64,000 bases of DNA from an uncultured Candidatus Rokubacteria bacterium (GCA_963754315.1 CAVWFS010000007.1:352001-416000); one strand, 5' to 3'. Shown: positions 41,660 through 53,213, counted from the first letter of the stretch. Notes: generated by a model from the letters alone, not told the origin. A program made the numbers and translations.

Positions 41660-43946
41660 AGGTAACGAAACTTCTCGCGCAATCGCAGGCGAACCAACTC
41701 TGCCACCGTGTTGAGCACGAAAGTCAAGCAGAACAGCAGGAAGGCGGCCAGGAAGAGCACGCGGAAGAGACTGCCGCCTTCCGGGGCCTCCGGAAGCTCG
41801 ACGGCGATATTGGCCGACAGTGCCCGAAACCCGTTGAAGATCGACCAATCCATGACCGGCGTGTTCCCGGTCGCCATCAGGACGATCATCGTCTCCCCCA
41901 CCGCTCGCCCGAACCCGATCATGATGGCGGAGAAAATTCCTGGGCTGGCCGTCGGCAACACGATCCAGATCGCTGTCTGCCACCGGGTCGCCCCCAGCGC
42001 CAGCGAGCCGGCCCGCAGATGCTGGGGCACATTCGCCAACGAGTCCTCGGTGATGGTGAAGATGATCGGGATGACGGCAAAGCCCATGGCCACCCCGACC
42101 ACGACGGAGTTACGCTGATCGAAGGTCAGGCCCAGGACCGAGAGAAGCCAAGCCCGATAGTCACCCCCGAGGAGCTTCGACTCCACCACGCCGCCCAGGG
42201 CAAAGGCAATCCAGGCGCCGACGACAACCACAGGCAACAGAAGAAATACCTCGCCGCCGGTGCGCAGGCGTCCGCGAAGAGAGATTGGCACGAGCCGCCA
42301 GACCAACAGAGCGACCAGTATGCACGCCACCTGTACCAGCGGCAGCACGGCCAGCCCCGGCAGGATGCGCTCGAGTACGGGCGCCAGCCACAGGCCGGCC
42401 AGAAAGCCCAGGACCACGCTGGGGAGCGCCGCCATGATCTCGACCACCGGCTTGACGTAGGCCTTGATGCCAGGATGCATGAACTCGCTCACGTACAGGG
42501 CGGCCAGCAACGCCAGGGGGATGGCAAACAACAACGCGTAGGTCGTGCCCTTCAACGTGCCGAAAATCAGCGGGGTCAGGCTGAATTTGGCCTCGAAGTC
42601 ATCGGTGCCGCCCGTTGACTGCCAGACGAATGCCGGTTGCCGAGTACCCTTCGTACCAGACCTTGCCAAAGAGCGTCTTGAGTGTGACCTCGGGATGGGG
42701 ATTGTCGATGCGCCACTGCCCAACCTTTCCCTCCGCGTCGGCCACGAATACCGCATCGCCCTTGGGCGCGAAAGTGAGCGACCGCAGAGAGTGGCCCTCT
42801 GTCTTCAGCGCGAGAAGGGTTGCGCCTGACGTTCCATAGTTGAGATGCACGCCGCCCCTGCGTATCTCCGCTGACGAAGCCCTTGTCACGCCGGGAGGCG
42901 GCCAGGGCGACCACGGGCGCCCCGTGCCTGGAAAACTCGTAGTTACGGGTGAGACGCGCAGGACCGCCCTGGGGAGGAGGTACCACTTGCCACGATGAAA
43001 CGCGACCCCCTTCGTCCCCAACGAGCAGGGTCCGATCACCGATGAGGAACTCCAGGGCGGTGATCGGGTGGCCGTCAGGCGAGGTGGCGACGATTTCGGC
43101 CCGCGCGGGATGAGCCCGATCGCGGAGGTCATACCGAACGATCTGTCCACTCCCGGTCCCGAGGAAAAGATCCTCGCCCCGCCCGTCCATTCTCATGGCC
43201 GTCACCGCACCGCTTGAGCCGACCGTAAGCGGGGTGAGCGTCTCTTCCCTCGTTCCGCCCTGGATCAGCCCCTTCTTCTCGACCACGGCTTGCACGACCA
43301 GCTCCTGTGGCCCGAGCTGGGCGACGGAAATAGGCCCACCCTTGGTGTCGGCGGACGTTACCCGCAGTATCGGGTGCTTGCCGGACGGATCGACGACCGA
43401 CGGTGGGCCGAAGACGGGATCCGCGCGCACCGTCCTTCGACCGTCCTTGAACTGGACGTCGAACTTCATCTCCAGTGGGATGACCCGGCCATCGCTCGTC
43501 CCCAGCAGATAGCGGTCCTTGCCCGCCTGACCGATGGAGACGACCTGCGCCCCGTCCAGACCGGGAATCGCCACCGTGGTCAGGCCGGCGCCCGTCTTGG
43601 GACTGAGCACACGGAGCTCCGTCGCCGTCACTCCGAATGCGGCCTCCCGATACTCGTCGACGCCGAGACTACCTGGCAAGAGCGTACCGCCCGCCCCGGT
43701 CGCCACCATCGGATGAGAGCCCAGCCAGTGGGCCGCCGGCGCCCTGAACAGCGGGTACACCTCGACAGCGATCACCACCAGGATGGCCAAGATGGCGGCA
43801 ATAATGAGGAGGCCCCCTCCCACGACGAGGCGGGAGGCAAGCCGATCGAGAAGGACTCGCCGATCCGTGCGAGCCTTAGAAACGCCGAGCGGGCGGGCCG
43901 GAGTTTTCGGCCCGCCCGCTCGCAGTGTTTCTACGTGAGTGGCCAC
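41656..43946 (-). CDS. pstC: phosphate ABC permease with large beta-propeller-like domain; frameshifts near 42640 and 42860
   Basis: [40 protein letters not shown]. Confidence 0.88.
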
Positions 43947-44930
43947 CTACTGGACCTTGGCCAGTTCTTCCTTGGCGATCGACGCCGGGATGGGGAAGTA
44001 GCCGTCCTTCACGCACGATCTCCTGGCCTTCCTTGGACACCATCAGTTTCACGAACTCACGCGTCAGCGGATCGAGTTGCTTACCAGGAGCCTTGTTGAT
44101 GTAGACGTAGAGGAAGCGCGCCAGCGGGTATGCGCCGCTGTACGAGTTCTCGGCAGTCGCCTCCACACACTTGCCGCCGTCCTTCTCCGTCAAGGGGACG
44201 GCACGCACACCGGCCGTCGCATAGCCGATGCCGCTGTAGCCGATGGCATTACGGTCCACGGTAACCCCCTGCACGACCGCGGCCGACCCGGGCTGCTCCT
44301 TCACGGAGTCCTTGAAATCGCCGTTCTTGAGGGTGTGTTCCTTGAAGAATCCGTAGGTGCCGGACGCGGAGTTACGGCCATAGAGGCTGATCGGCTTACT
44401 CGCCCAGTCACCGGTGAGGCCGAGTTGGCCCCAGGTGGTGATGTCTTCCTTGCCTCCCTGTCGGCGCGACTTGGAGAAGATGGCGTCGATCTGCTGGAAG
44501 CTCAGGCACTTAATGGGATTGTCCTTGTTGACGAAGACCGCCAGCGCGTCCACCGACGTGCGGATGGGTGTGGGCTTGTAGCCATACCTCTTCTCGAACC
44601 CGTCGACCTCGGTCCCCTTCATCTCGCGTGACATGGGGCCGAGCTGGGCGGTGCCGGAAATCAGCGCCGGCGGGCGCCGTCGAGGAGCCCTTACCCTCGA
44701 TCTGGATCTTGGCGTTCGGGTAGAACTTGTTGAAGTTCTCGGCCCACAAGGTCATGAGGTTATTCAGGGTGTCGGAGCCCACACTGGAGATGTTGCCGCT
44801 CACCCCTGACACCGACTTTGTACGTCATCAAACCGGGATCCAGCTGGGGTGGTCCCGACGCATAGCCACCGGCGGCCACGAGCGTGACCAGCGCCAGCGC
44901 GAGGCCGACTTTTGTCACCGTCCTCTTCAT
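43947..44930 (-). CDS. pstS: phosphate ABC substrate-binding protein; frameshifts near 44820, 44670 and 44010
   Basis: Signal peptide, [34 protein letters not shown]. Confidence 0.9.
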
Positions 44931-44981
44931 ACGATCTCCTCCTGCTCGGTCATGATGATGCTACGGGGATATTTCGGTGGA

Positions 44982-45009
44982 GTAACGAGAGTGTTACAAG
45001 TAGGTTACA
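44982..45009 (-). promoter_or_regulatory. Pho-box-like direct repeats upstream of pstS
   Basis: Minus strand TGTAAC-N5-TGTAAC-N5-CGTTAC, 11-bp period. Confidence 0.7.
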
Positions 45010-45799
45010 CAGAGGCTCTTTGCTCGTCGCGAAAGCGGTAGCCGACCCCCCGTACCGTCTCGATGCCGGGGGCAGGCAGGTGAGCGGCGGTGAACTTTCC
45101 GCGCAGGCGCGCGACGTGAACGTCCACCGTCCGGGGCTCGACGAACCCGTCGTGGCCCCACACGAGATCCAGCAGTTCCTCTCGACCGAACACCCGCCCG
45201 GGTGTCCCCACCAGAGCCGCCAGGAGCTCAAACTCCTTGCGCGTCAGCTCCACCGGCTTGCCTTTCATGGTCACCTCGAAGCGGTGGCGGTCGATTTCGA
45301 GATCTCCCGCGCGGAGATGCGCTCGTTTCTCGGCCGCGTCAACCGGGCGCGCCCGGCGCAGGAGCGCACGAACCCGGGCCACCAGTTCCCGCGGCGAGAA
45401 CGGCTTCGTCACGTAGTCGTCGGCGCCCAGCTCGAAGCCGAGAACCTTGTCGCCCTCCTCGACCCGGCCGGTCACCATGATGACGGGCACCGAGCGTGTC
45501 TCGGGCTCCTGCTTGAGACGACGACATACCTCCCAGCCATTGAGCTGCGGAACCATGATGTCGAGCAGGATGACCTCTGGGCGAAACTCGCGCGCGTGTC
45601 GGAGGGCATCCGCCCCGTTCAGGGCGATCCGAACGTCGTAGCCCTCCTTGGAAAGATTGAATCGGATCAGCTCGGCAACGTCTTGCTCGTCCTCGACGAC
45701 CAGGACGCGACCTTGACGCGGAAGGGCGGCCCCTTCCCGCGCGTCCCCACGCCGCCGATGCACCACGCTCTGATCGCTCTCGCGGCCGGTGATTGTCAT
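45005..45799 (-). CDS. phoB: OmpR/PhoB-family response regulator
   Basis: LVVEDE, LLDIMVP, GADDYVTKPF, RTVDVHV, TVRGVGY; sits between phoX and pstS. Confidence 0.82.
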   Translation of the reverse strand: MTITGRESDQSVVHRRRGDAREGAALPRQGRVLVVEDEQDVAELIRFNLSKEGYDVRIALNGADALRHAREFRPEVILLDIMVPQLNGWEVCRRLKQEPETRSVPVIMVTGRVEEGDKVLGFELGADDYVTKPFSPRELVARVRALLRRARPVDAAEKRAHLRAGDLEIDRHRFEVTMKGKPVELTRKEFELLAALVGTPGRVFGREELLDLVWGHDGFVEPRTVDVHVARLRGKFTAAHLPAPGIETVRGVGYRFRDEQRASV

Positions 45800-45821
45800 G
45801 GCTGAATGGTCCCCTCCCGGA

Positions 45822-45849
45822 GTTACAGGACGGTGACGACCGAGTAAAA
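45822..45849 (-). promoter_or_regulatory. Pho-box-like direct repeats upstream of phoB
   Basis: Minus strand TTTTAC-N5-CGTCAC-N5-TGTAAC, 11-bp period. Confidence 0.6.
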
Positions 45850-45932
45850 CTTTCGCGAACAGCGGGCTCGTGAGGCAGCGCGATGCGCGGGGACCCTGTT
45901 CGGGCGCACCGGGCGCCGCCGGGCTCCCCTCG

Positions 45933-47857
45933 CTACCCCCCGATGACCCCCCCGTCCGTCTTGCGGATCACGATGGTCGCTGAGCGCGGCCGGCCACCCG
46001 CGGGTCCATCAGGCCAGGAGCTGACCGCCTTGGGCGCCTCCGGATTGTTGCGCTCGCTGGCCGGCTCGCCCGGGTGCTGGACGTTGACGAACATGCTCCT
46101 TCCGTCAGGAGTGGTGATTACTCCCGTGATCTCGCAGCCGTTGGGTCCCGTGAGGAAGCGTCGAATCTCACGCGTGGCGGGATCGGCTGCCAGCATCTGG
46201 TTGTTGCCGATGCGTGCGTAGTCTCCCTTGTTCAGGACGCTCGTGGAAACGTCGGTCTGGATCCACAAGACCCCACGCGCATCGAACCAGAGACCGTCGG
46301 GCGAGCCGAACACGTCGCCTTTGATATTGCCGCGCTTGTTGGCATCGGCCAGGGTCGGATCGCCGCAAAGGACGAACACATCCCACTCGAAGCGCGTGGC
46401 GGCCGCGTCCCCGCCTGTCTCTCGCCAGCGGACGATGTGACCGAAGACGTTGTCAGAACGAGGGTTGCTCGGATCAGGTCCTGGCGAGCCCGCCCTACCC
46501 CGATTGACATTGTTGGTGAGGGCGCAGTATGCCTCCCCGGTCGTCGGGTGCACCGCTATCCATTCAGGCCGGTCCATCTTGGTGGGGCTAACCACATCGG
46601 CCGCGCCGCGAGTATTGATGAGAATTTCGGCCTGGGAGGGGAACCCGGACGCGGCGTCCAGGCCGTTCTTGCCGTGGGTCAGCTCGAGCCACTCCCCGCC
46701 GCCATCGGCATTGAAGCGCGCCACGTAAAGGATCCCGTTCTCGAGGAGCCGCATCCCCGCCTCGCGGCCTCGCGCAGGGTCCCAAGCTTCGCGGCTCACG
46801 AACTTGTAGACGTACTCAGAGCGCTCGTCGTCGCGCCATGTAGAAGACGACCCGCCGGTCACGTGCCATCGCGAAGGCGGCGCCCTCATGCTTCGTGCGA
46901 CCCAGCGCGGTGTGCTTCACGGCCGGGCGGCGGGGATCGTACGGATCGATCTCCGCCACCCAGCCGAATCGATTCGGCTCGTTCGGGTGGGCGGCCGCGT
47001 CGAAGCGGCGATCATGCTCGTGCCAGCGGTAACCGAACCCTCGCTCGTTGATCCCGTAGCGCCGCTGCAGCGGCGGCAGGGCACCCGAGCCGTTGACGAA
47101 GTAGGCGTTGAAATTCTCCTCGCATGTGAGGTACGTGCCCCAGGGCGTCACGCCATGGGCGCAGTTGTTCAGGGTGCCGAGCACGGTGCGCCCTGTCGGG
47201 TCGCCGGCCGTTTGAAGCAGGGGGTGTCCGGCGGCGGGCCCGGTGAACCCGATGGGAGTAGCGCCTGTGATTCGCCGCGCAAAGGAGGACGGCCGTACCA
47301 TCCTCCATTTCGCCCCCTCCAGGCGAACCTCAACCACGGCGACCCCGTGCGCGGCCTGGCTCTTGCGCACCTTCTCGGCCGTCCACGGTTCCATCCCGCC
47401 CGGATGCAGTAGCCCGTCATCCGTGTACTCGTGATTGACGGCGAGCAGGCCATGCGTCGAGCTCGTTCCGCCGACGGGCAGCGGGAAGAAGTGGATACTA
47501 TCGTGGTGCATGCCAGCTTGCACCATCTGGTCTTCCACACTGTTACTCGCATCGGGTTTGAAGGCAGGACCAGCCGAGATTGGATCGCCCCAGGCGTAGA
47601 GTACGTCGACGGTGTAGCCTGGGGGCACCACCACCGTATCCGATGTCGCGATGGGCACCCCCGCGAATCCAAGCAACGCTCCCTGAGCCGACACGAGCGT
47701 CCGCCCGCGCTGCATGGCGGGGCCAAGAAGGCTGCCGCCTGCCGCCAGCAGTCCACCCGTCAGCAGTGCGCGGCGGGAGAGCCGGGCGATCGAGGATGTC
47801 AGCGAAGCTTTGATTCGGCGAGCAATTTGAAGTCGAATCGGCTGGATCGAACGACAT
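45933..47857 (-). CDS. phoX: PhoX-family alkaline phosphatase, Tat-exported; frameshifts near 47790, 47715 and 46835
   Basis: SRR signal, GMHHD, NHEY, NNCAHGVTPWGTYLTCEEN, MDRPE, SPDGL, CEITG, NVQHPG; GGAGG RBS. Confidence 0.92.
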
Positions 47858-47884
47858 GTGCGCCTCCGCTGGAATGGGTTGGCC

Positions 47885-47957
47885 CCGCCGTCAGAGCCAC
47901 GACGATCCCGACCCTATCAGGCTCGCGTTTCGGGACGATGACGGGTACGTGACATCT
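47885..47957 (-). ncRNA. candidate structured cis-regulatory RNA, copy 2
   Basis: 71/73 nt identical to 4445..4517; ends 27 nt before the phoX ATG. Confidence 0.6.
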
Positions 47958-48032
47958 GCGTCGTACGCCATGGCGTTGGTCACCCTGTGGCCGCGGGCTG
48001 GCAACGGTCAGGCGTGAACATCGGCATCTGCG

Positions 48033-49177
48033 TTAAGCGATACGCCGACCCGCGCGCCACACCCCCAGTACGATGGGCAGCTCACCGACCAGACGCACGC
48101 GAACGAGGTCCGCCCGCTTGCTCGGTGCAATCTCGCCCCGGTCGGGGAGCGCGGCCCGCTGCGCGGGGCTGGCCGTGACCGTGGCGACCGCCTCCGGCAG
48201 AGGCACACCGTGCCGACAGTGAAGCAGAAAGGCGGCATGGAGAGCGCTGGCCGGCACGTAGTCCGACGAGAGAATGTCCAGGAGACCCTGAGCCACCAGG
48301 TCGGCGGTGGACACATTACCGGAGTGCGATCCGCCAAGGACGAGGTTGGGAGCACCCGCGACCACGGCGAGGCCGTAGGATCTGGCCGCCCGTGCCGCGA
48401 CGACGGTGGTGGGAAATTCGGCGATGACGACACCGGCCTCGACCGCTTCCTCCACGTGGCGCAGCGTGGTGTCGTCATGGCTGGCCAGCGGGAGGCCGCG
48501 CTTGTGGCAGAGCCGGACAATGGCGGCGCGGTGGCGATCACCATACCTGGCTTGGTCTGCCTAGGCGCTTGGCGATCAACTCATCCAGCTGGCCGTCGGT
48601 GAGTCGGTACTTGCCCTGGTTGTACTCGCGGTATTTCTCCACGCGGACGAACTGGCGCTGCCCCGGCGTGTGGTCCATGAGAGAGACGAGGCGTACGAGC
48701 GGGTCTTCGACGAATGGCGCGAAATCCTCGATCACGTACGCCGTGCTCACCTCGCACCGCATGTGAAAGAAATGCTCGGCCCGCAGCAGACGCTGGTCCT
48801 GCGCGCTCCGGATGGCCTCCGCAAAAGGCCGCGGGTTACGCGGACGCTCAATCGTGTCGACCACGTATCCGACGGCCAGCCCATCGAGAACTGTGGTGAT
48901 ACCGGCGGCCGCCAGCTGCGCGTCGTGGGCCATCACAGCCGCCTGGGCCGGCCAGGCCACGCCAGGGCGCGGCACCGCGTGCTTCTCCAGCATGTCGGTG
49001 TGCAGCTCGACGAGGCCGGGGAGCAGGTAGTCGCCCTCGAGGTCGAGTGCGCCTCTCACCGCGGAGAGGCGGCGGGTCACGTCGACGATGGCCCCGCCGG
49101 TAACGCAAACCGTTCGTGCCACGAGTGGCGTGCCGCTCCACCACCCGAGCGTTGGTAAGGACGAGTTCGTGGCTCAT
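48033..49177 (-). CDS. phnM: alpha-D-ribose 1-methylphosphonate 5-triphosphate diphosphatase; frameshifts near 49115 and 48560
   Basis: LPGLVELHTD, HMRCE, MDHTPGQRQF, ASHDD, AEFP, LSSDY. Confidence 0.93.
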
Positions 49178-49891
49178 GTTCGCCGTGTGTCCGAGGGTCA
49201 CGACCCGGCTCGCGATCCGGCTGCGCACCTCGACGTCATGGACGGCGCCCAGAATGGCCGCGCCCCTGGCCCGCGCCTCGTCGATGAGCCCCGCCACGAC
49301 GGCCCGGCTCTGCGCGTCCAGCGACGCGGTGGGCTCGTCGAGGAGCAGGATCGGATAGCCCACCACGAAGACGCGGGCGACGCTGATGCGCTGCTGCTCG
49401 CCGCCGGAGAAGGTTACCGGCGAGAGCCCCCAGAGCCGCTCCGCGATGCGCAGGCGCGCCAGCATGGCCCGCGCGCGCTCTCCCGCCAGCTCGCGAGGAA
49501 CACCCAGGTCGCGCAGCGGTTCTGCCACCACGTCCACCGCCGCCACCCTTGGAACTACCCGAAGGAACTGGCTCACATAGCCCATGGTCCGGCGACGGAC
49601 AGCCAGCACTTCTCGCGGCTCGGCCCTCACCATGTCCACTACACCGCCGGCGTGGCGGACAAGAATCTGTCCGCCTTGGGCAACGTAGTTGCCATACACG
49701 GCGCGCAGGAGCGTGCTCTTGCCCGCGCCCGACGGGTCAGACAGCACCACGCACTCGCCGGGGCCGACGGTGAGAGTCACGCCGCGGAGCACGGGAAGGC
49801 GCGTTCCCCCCTGGACGTGCAGAGTGAACGTCTTCTCGAGTCCTTCGATCGACAGGGCCGCTACGGTCCGGTCGTCTGTCGCCATCCTCAT
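49174..49891 (-). CDS. phnL: C-P lyase system ATPase; stop inferred
   Basis: KTFTLHVQGG, SGAGKST, GYVSQFLRVVPRV, TFSGGEQQR. Confidence 0.92.
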
Positions 49892-50667
49892 GGGTGCAAC
49901 ACCGATGACACCAGGAGTTGCGTGTACGGATGCTGGGGATCGTCCATGACCTGATCGGTCAGTCCGGTCTCGACCACCTGGCCTCGCCGCATCACGAGCA
50001 GGCGATGCGCGAGCAGACGCGCCACCGCGAGGTCGTGAGTGACCACCACCGCCGCCAGACCGAGGTCAGCGACGAGACCGCGGAGCAGGTCGAGAAGCCG
50101 GGCCTGCACTGAAACATCCAGCCCACCGGTGGGTTCGTCCATGAGCACCAGCCGCGGCCGCGTCACCAGAGTGCGAGCAATCTGCAGCCGCTGCTGCATG
50201 CCACCTGAGAAGGTGGCGGGCAGATCGTCAATCCGGTCCGGGGTGATCTCGACGTGCTCCAGCCAGTCGAGGGCTGCCCGCCGGATACGGCCGTAGTGAC
50301 GCTCACCCCTGGCCATCAGACGTTCGGCCACGTTGGCGCCGGCCGTCACCGACATCCGGAGCCCGTCGTGCGGGTTCTGGTGAACGATCCCCCACTCGTC
50401 GCGGAACAGGCGCCGGCGCTCTCGCTCGGGAAGACGCAATACATCCACCGCACTTCCATCTCGCGTGACGAACTCGACGACGCCAGCTCCCGCCTCGACC
50501 CGGCCGGCCAGACACGCCAGCACGGTCGTCTTCCCCGATCCGGACTCCCCCACCAGACCGACCACCTCGGATGGCCAGACATCAAAACCGACGTCGAGGC
50601 AACCCACGTGCTCGCCGTAGCGCTTGGTGAGGCCGCGCACACGGAGCAAATGCCCGTCCGGGCTCAC
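49888..50667 (-). CDS. phnK: C-P lyase system ATPase
   Basis: GESGSGKT, WGIVHQNP, RHYGRIR, HPYTQLLVSS. Confidence 0.95.
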   Translation of the reverse strand: MSPDGHLLRVRGLTKRYGEHVGCLDVGFDVWPSEVVGLVGESGSGKTTVLACLAGRVEAGAGVVEFVTRDGSAVDVLRLPERERRRLFRDEWGIVHQNPHDGLRMSVTAGANVAERLMARGERHYGRIRRAALDWLEHVEITPDRIDDLPATFSGGMQQRLQIARTLVTRPRLVLMDEPTGGLDVSVQARLLDLLRGLVADLGLAAVVVTHDLAVARLLAHRLLVMRRGQVVETGLTDQVMDDPQHPYTQLLVSSVLHP

Positions 50668-51509
50668 GGCGCCGGCGCCTCCGGTACACCCACCCGCCGC
50701 TCGCAATAGTCGGTGTCCGAACACATGAACATCCGGCCACCCTTGTCGTCCACGATGATCTCGTCGAGGAAGACACCACGGGCGCCGCATCGCGCACAGG
50801 GCTGCACCCAGGCCTCGACCTCGAAAGGATGGTCCTCGAAATCGAGGCTCCGTACCGATGTATGGGGCGGCACCGCGTAGATCCGCTTCTCGCGGCCAGC
50901 GCCAAAGAGCAGAAGGGCCGGATTACGGTCGAGCTTGGGGTTGTCGAACTTGGGGATGGGCGAGGGGCGCATGAGATAGCGTCCATTGACGATGACCGGG
51001 TATTCGTAGGTCTGCGCCACCTTGCCGTGGCGCGTGATGTCTTCGTAGAGACGGACGTACATGACGCCGTACTCCTCGAGGGCGTGCATCTTCCGCGTCT
51101 CGGCCTCCCGGGGTTCGAGCCATCTGAGGGGTTCCGGGATCGGCACTTGGAGGACGAGCACCTGGCCTGCCCGGAGGGGCGTCTCCGGAATGCGATGGCG
51201 CGTCTGGATGAGCGTGGCCTCTTCGGTACGCGTCGTCGTGGTGACTCCTGTGGTCTGCTCGAAGAACGTGCGAATGCTCACTGCATTGGTGGTGTCGTCG
51301 GCACCCTGATCGATGACCTTGAGGATGTCGTCGGGACCGATGAGGCTGGCCGTCACCTGAACCCCGCCCGTTCCCCACCCGTAAGACAGCGGCATTTCGC
51401 GGCTGCCAAACGGCACCTGGTAGCCGGGAATGGCCACCGCCTTGAGGATCGCTCGGCGGATCATCCGCTTGCTCTGTTCGTCGAGAAACCCGAAGTTGTA
51501 CGGATTCAC
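50664..51509 (-). CDS. phnJ: C-P lyase radical-SAM subunit
   Basis: YNFGFLDEQSKRMIRRA, YGWGTGG, CARC…CSDTDYC. Confidence 0.97.
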   Translation of the reverse strand: MNPYNFGFLDEQSKRMIRRAILKAVAIPGYQVPFGSREMPLSYGWGTGGVQVTASLIGPDDILKVIDQGADDTTNAVSIRTFFEQTTGVTTTTRTEEATLIQTRHRIPETPLRAGQVLVLQVPIPEPLRWLEPREAETRKMHALEEYGVMYVRLYEDITRHGKVAQTYEYPVIVNGRYLMRPSPIPKFDNPKLDRNPALLLFGAGREKRIYAVPPHTSVRSLDFEDHPFEVEAWVQPCARCGARGVFLDEIIVDDKGGRMFMCSDTDYCERRVGVPEAPAP

Positions 51510-52630
51510 GGCCGCGGACCCGCGTCTGCCTGCGCGCGCAGGGTGCGGACCAGGATCAATTCGGACTGGAAGTCGACGTAGTGCGGTAGCTTGAGGTGCT
51601 GGATGAACCCGGACGCTTCCACGTTGTCGCCGTGGGACAGCACGAACTCCTCGTCCTGGGTCGGCGACGACGCCTCCTCGCCGAGATCGCGAGCGCGCAG
51701 GGCACGATCCACCAGAGCCATGGCCATGGCCCTCCGCTCGGCATGGCCGAAGACTAAGCCGTAGCCGCGGGTAAACTGCGGGGGCGCCGTCGCCGAGCCT
51801 CTGAACTGATTCACCATCTGGCACTCGGTCACGGTGATCTCGGCGACTTCCAGAGGGAACCCGAGCTCCTCGGGCACCATCTCCAGCACCACTTCGCCAA
51901 GCCGGATCTCGGCGGCAAAGGGATGGTTGCGTCCGTACCCGCGTTGGGTGGCATACCCGATGCCCAGGAGGAAGCCCTCGTCGGCTCGCGCCAGACTCTG
52001 CAGTCTCACGTCGCGACCAGCCGGAAAGGTCAGTGGCTCACGGGTGAGATCGCCGACACCTCGACTCTCCTCGCCGTCCCGCTCCGTTTCGATGAGTCCC
52101 TCACGCTCGAGCAGCTCCATCACGCGCGGAAGTGAGCCAGAACCGTGGGGCTCGTCGCGGTGGTCCGTCATCCGCTCGGCATCCACCCGTGCCTCCCGAG
52201 GTTCGTCGGTCGTCGAGCCGTTCGCCTGGGCCAAATCAAAGTTGAGCAGCCGATGCGTGTAGTCGAAGGTGGCTCCCAGGATCTGGCCGCCGGGTAAGTC
52301 CTTGAAGGTGGCCGACACTCGGCGCCGCACGGTCATGGCGGTCATGTCGATGGGCAGGGTAGAGCCCAAGCGGGGGAGCGTCGTCCGGAACGCCCGCAGG
52401 AGAAAGACCGCTTCGATCACGTCGCCCCACGCCTGCTTGAGGGCCAGTGCGGCGAGCTCGCGATCGTACAGGGAGGCTTCCCCCATCACGCGATCGACGG
52501 CCAAGGCCAGCTGCTGCTCGATCTGGACCACCGAAATCTCAGGCACCTGAGGGTCACCGCGCCGTTCCTCGGCGAGCAGCCGATGGGAGGCCTGAATTGC
52601 CTCCTGGCCACCCTTGACCGCCACGTACAC
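51506..52630 (-). CDS. phnI: C-P lyase subunit
   Basis: MYVAVKGG, RRVSATFKDLPGGQ, HLKLPHYVDFQ. Confidence 0.97.
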   Translation of the reverse strand: MYVAVKGGQEAIQASHRLLAEERRGDPQVPEISVVQIEQQLALAVDRVMGEASLYDRELAALALKQAWGDVIEAVFLLRAFRTTLPRLGSTLPIDMTAMTVRRRVSATFKDLPGGQILGATFDYTHRLLNFDLAQANGSTTDEPREARVDAERMTDHRDEPHGSGSLPRVMELLEREGLIETERDGEESRGVGDLTREPLTFPAGRDVRLQSLARADEGFLLGIGYATQRGYGRNHPFAAEIRLGEVVLEMVPEELGFPLEVAEITVTECQMVNQFRGSATAPPQFTRGYGLVFGHAERRAMAMALVDRALRARDLGEEASSPTQDEEFVLSHGDNVEASGFIQHLKLPHYVDFQSELILVRTLRAQADAGPRP

Positions 52631-52632
52631 GG

Positions 52633-53211
52633 TCAGCCTTCGGAGTTTACGGTCCGAGGCAGTGCCACAACCCGGGCTCCAGCGGTGAGGAGCACGTCAA
52701 CGCCTCTTGGAAATAATATATTGTTTTCCAGCCACATGGACCAGAAACCCTCCGAGAGTCCTTCCACTGTGAGCCGCGACTCCCCGTCGATGCCCGGTCC
52801 TGTCATCCGCCTGCCGGTCCCGGATCTGAGTGCCTGGACCTGGACGATGAGGGTCGTCGAGCGGTCTGGGTACTCGTCGCTCCCGCTGGCAAAGACCGCT
52901 AGCGATGGCATCGCCGCAGCACCGGCGATCAGCGCGAAAACGGCAACCTCGGGCTTCTCCACTATGGAGACTCCGCAATGGAACCGCAGGTAGTCGATGA
53001 CTGCCGTGGTGGCGGCCTGCCGATCAAGCCAGAGCGGTGTCTCGAAGTCGAGCAAAGCCAGGCAGAGCGCTGCCGCGCCGGCTGTAAGGGGCGATGGCAC
53101 CTCGACGGGAGTCGGCAAGGTAACAACGCGACCGGGATGGGCCATGGCTTCGAGGACGACCCGGAAAATTCGCTGACTATCCAGCGCCGGATCGGCCAAG
53201 CCGCCCAGCAT
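52633..53211 (-). CDS. phnH: C-P lyase subunit
   Basis: AMAHPG, LLDFETPLW, GSDEYPDRS, GPGI, FPRGVD. Confidence 0.95.
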   Translation of the reverse strand: MLGGLADPALDSQRIFRVVLEAMAHPGRVVTLPTPVEVPSPLTAGAAALCLALLDFETPLWLDRQAATTAVIDYLRFHCGVSIVEKPEVAVFALIAGAAAMPSLAVFASGSDEYPDRSTTLIVQVQALRSGTGRRMTGPGIDGESRLTVEGLSEGFWSMWLENNILFPRGVDVLLTAGARVVALPRTVNSEG

Positions 53212-53213
53212 GT

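Noticed and set aside
40058..43946. Unusually long PstA/PstC with extra soluble domains
   Set aside because: This long form is a known variant (for example Pseudomonas-type pst operons).
4445..47957. The two 73-nt copies as att sites flanking a 43-kb island
   Set aside because: The enclosed DNA holds housekeeping genes (nadE, mrp), the right copy falls inside the phn-phoX-pst block, and both copies occupy 5' leader positions. Not fully excluded.
48848..49891. Apparent PhnL-PhnM in-frame fusion
   Set aside because: Other phn junctions use (A/G)TGA overlaps and an ATGA is present at 49174-49177; one indel explains the read-through.
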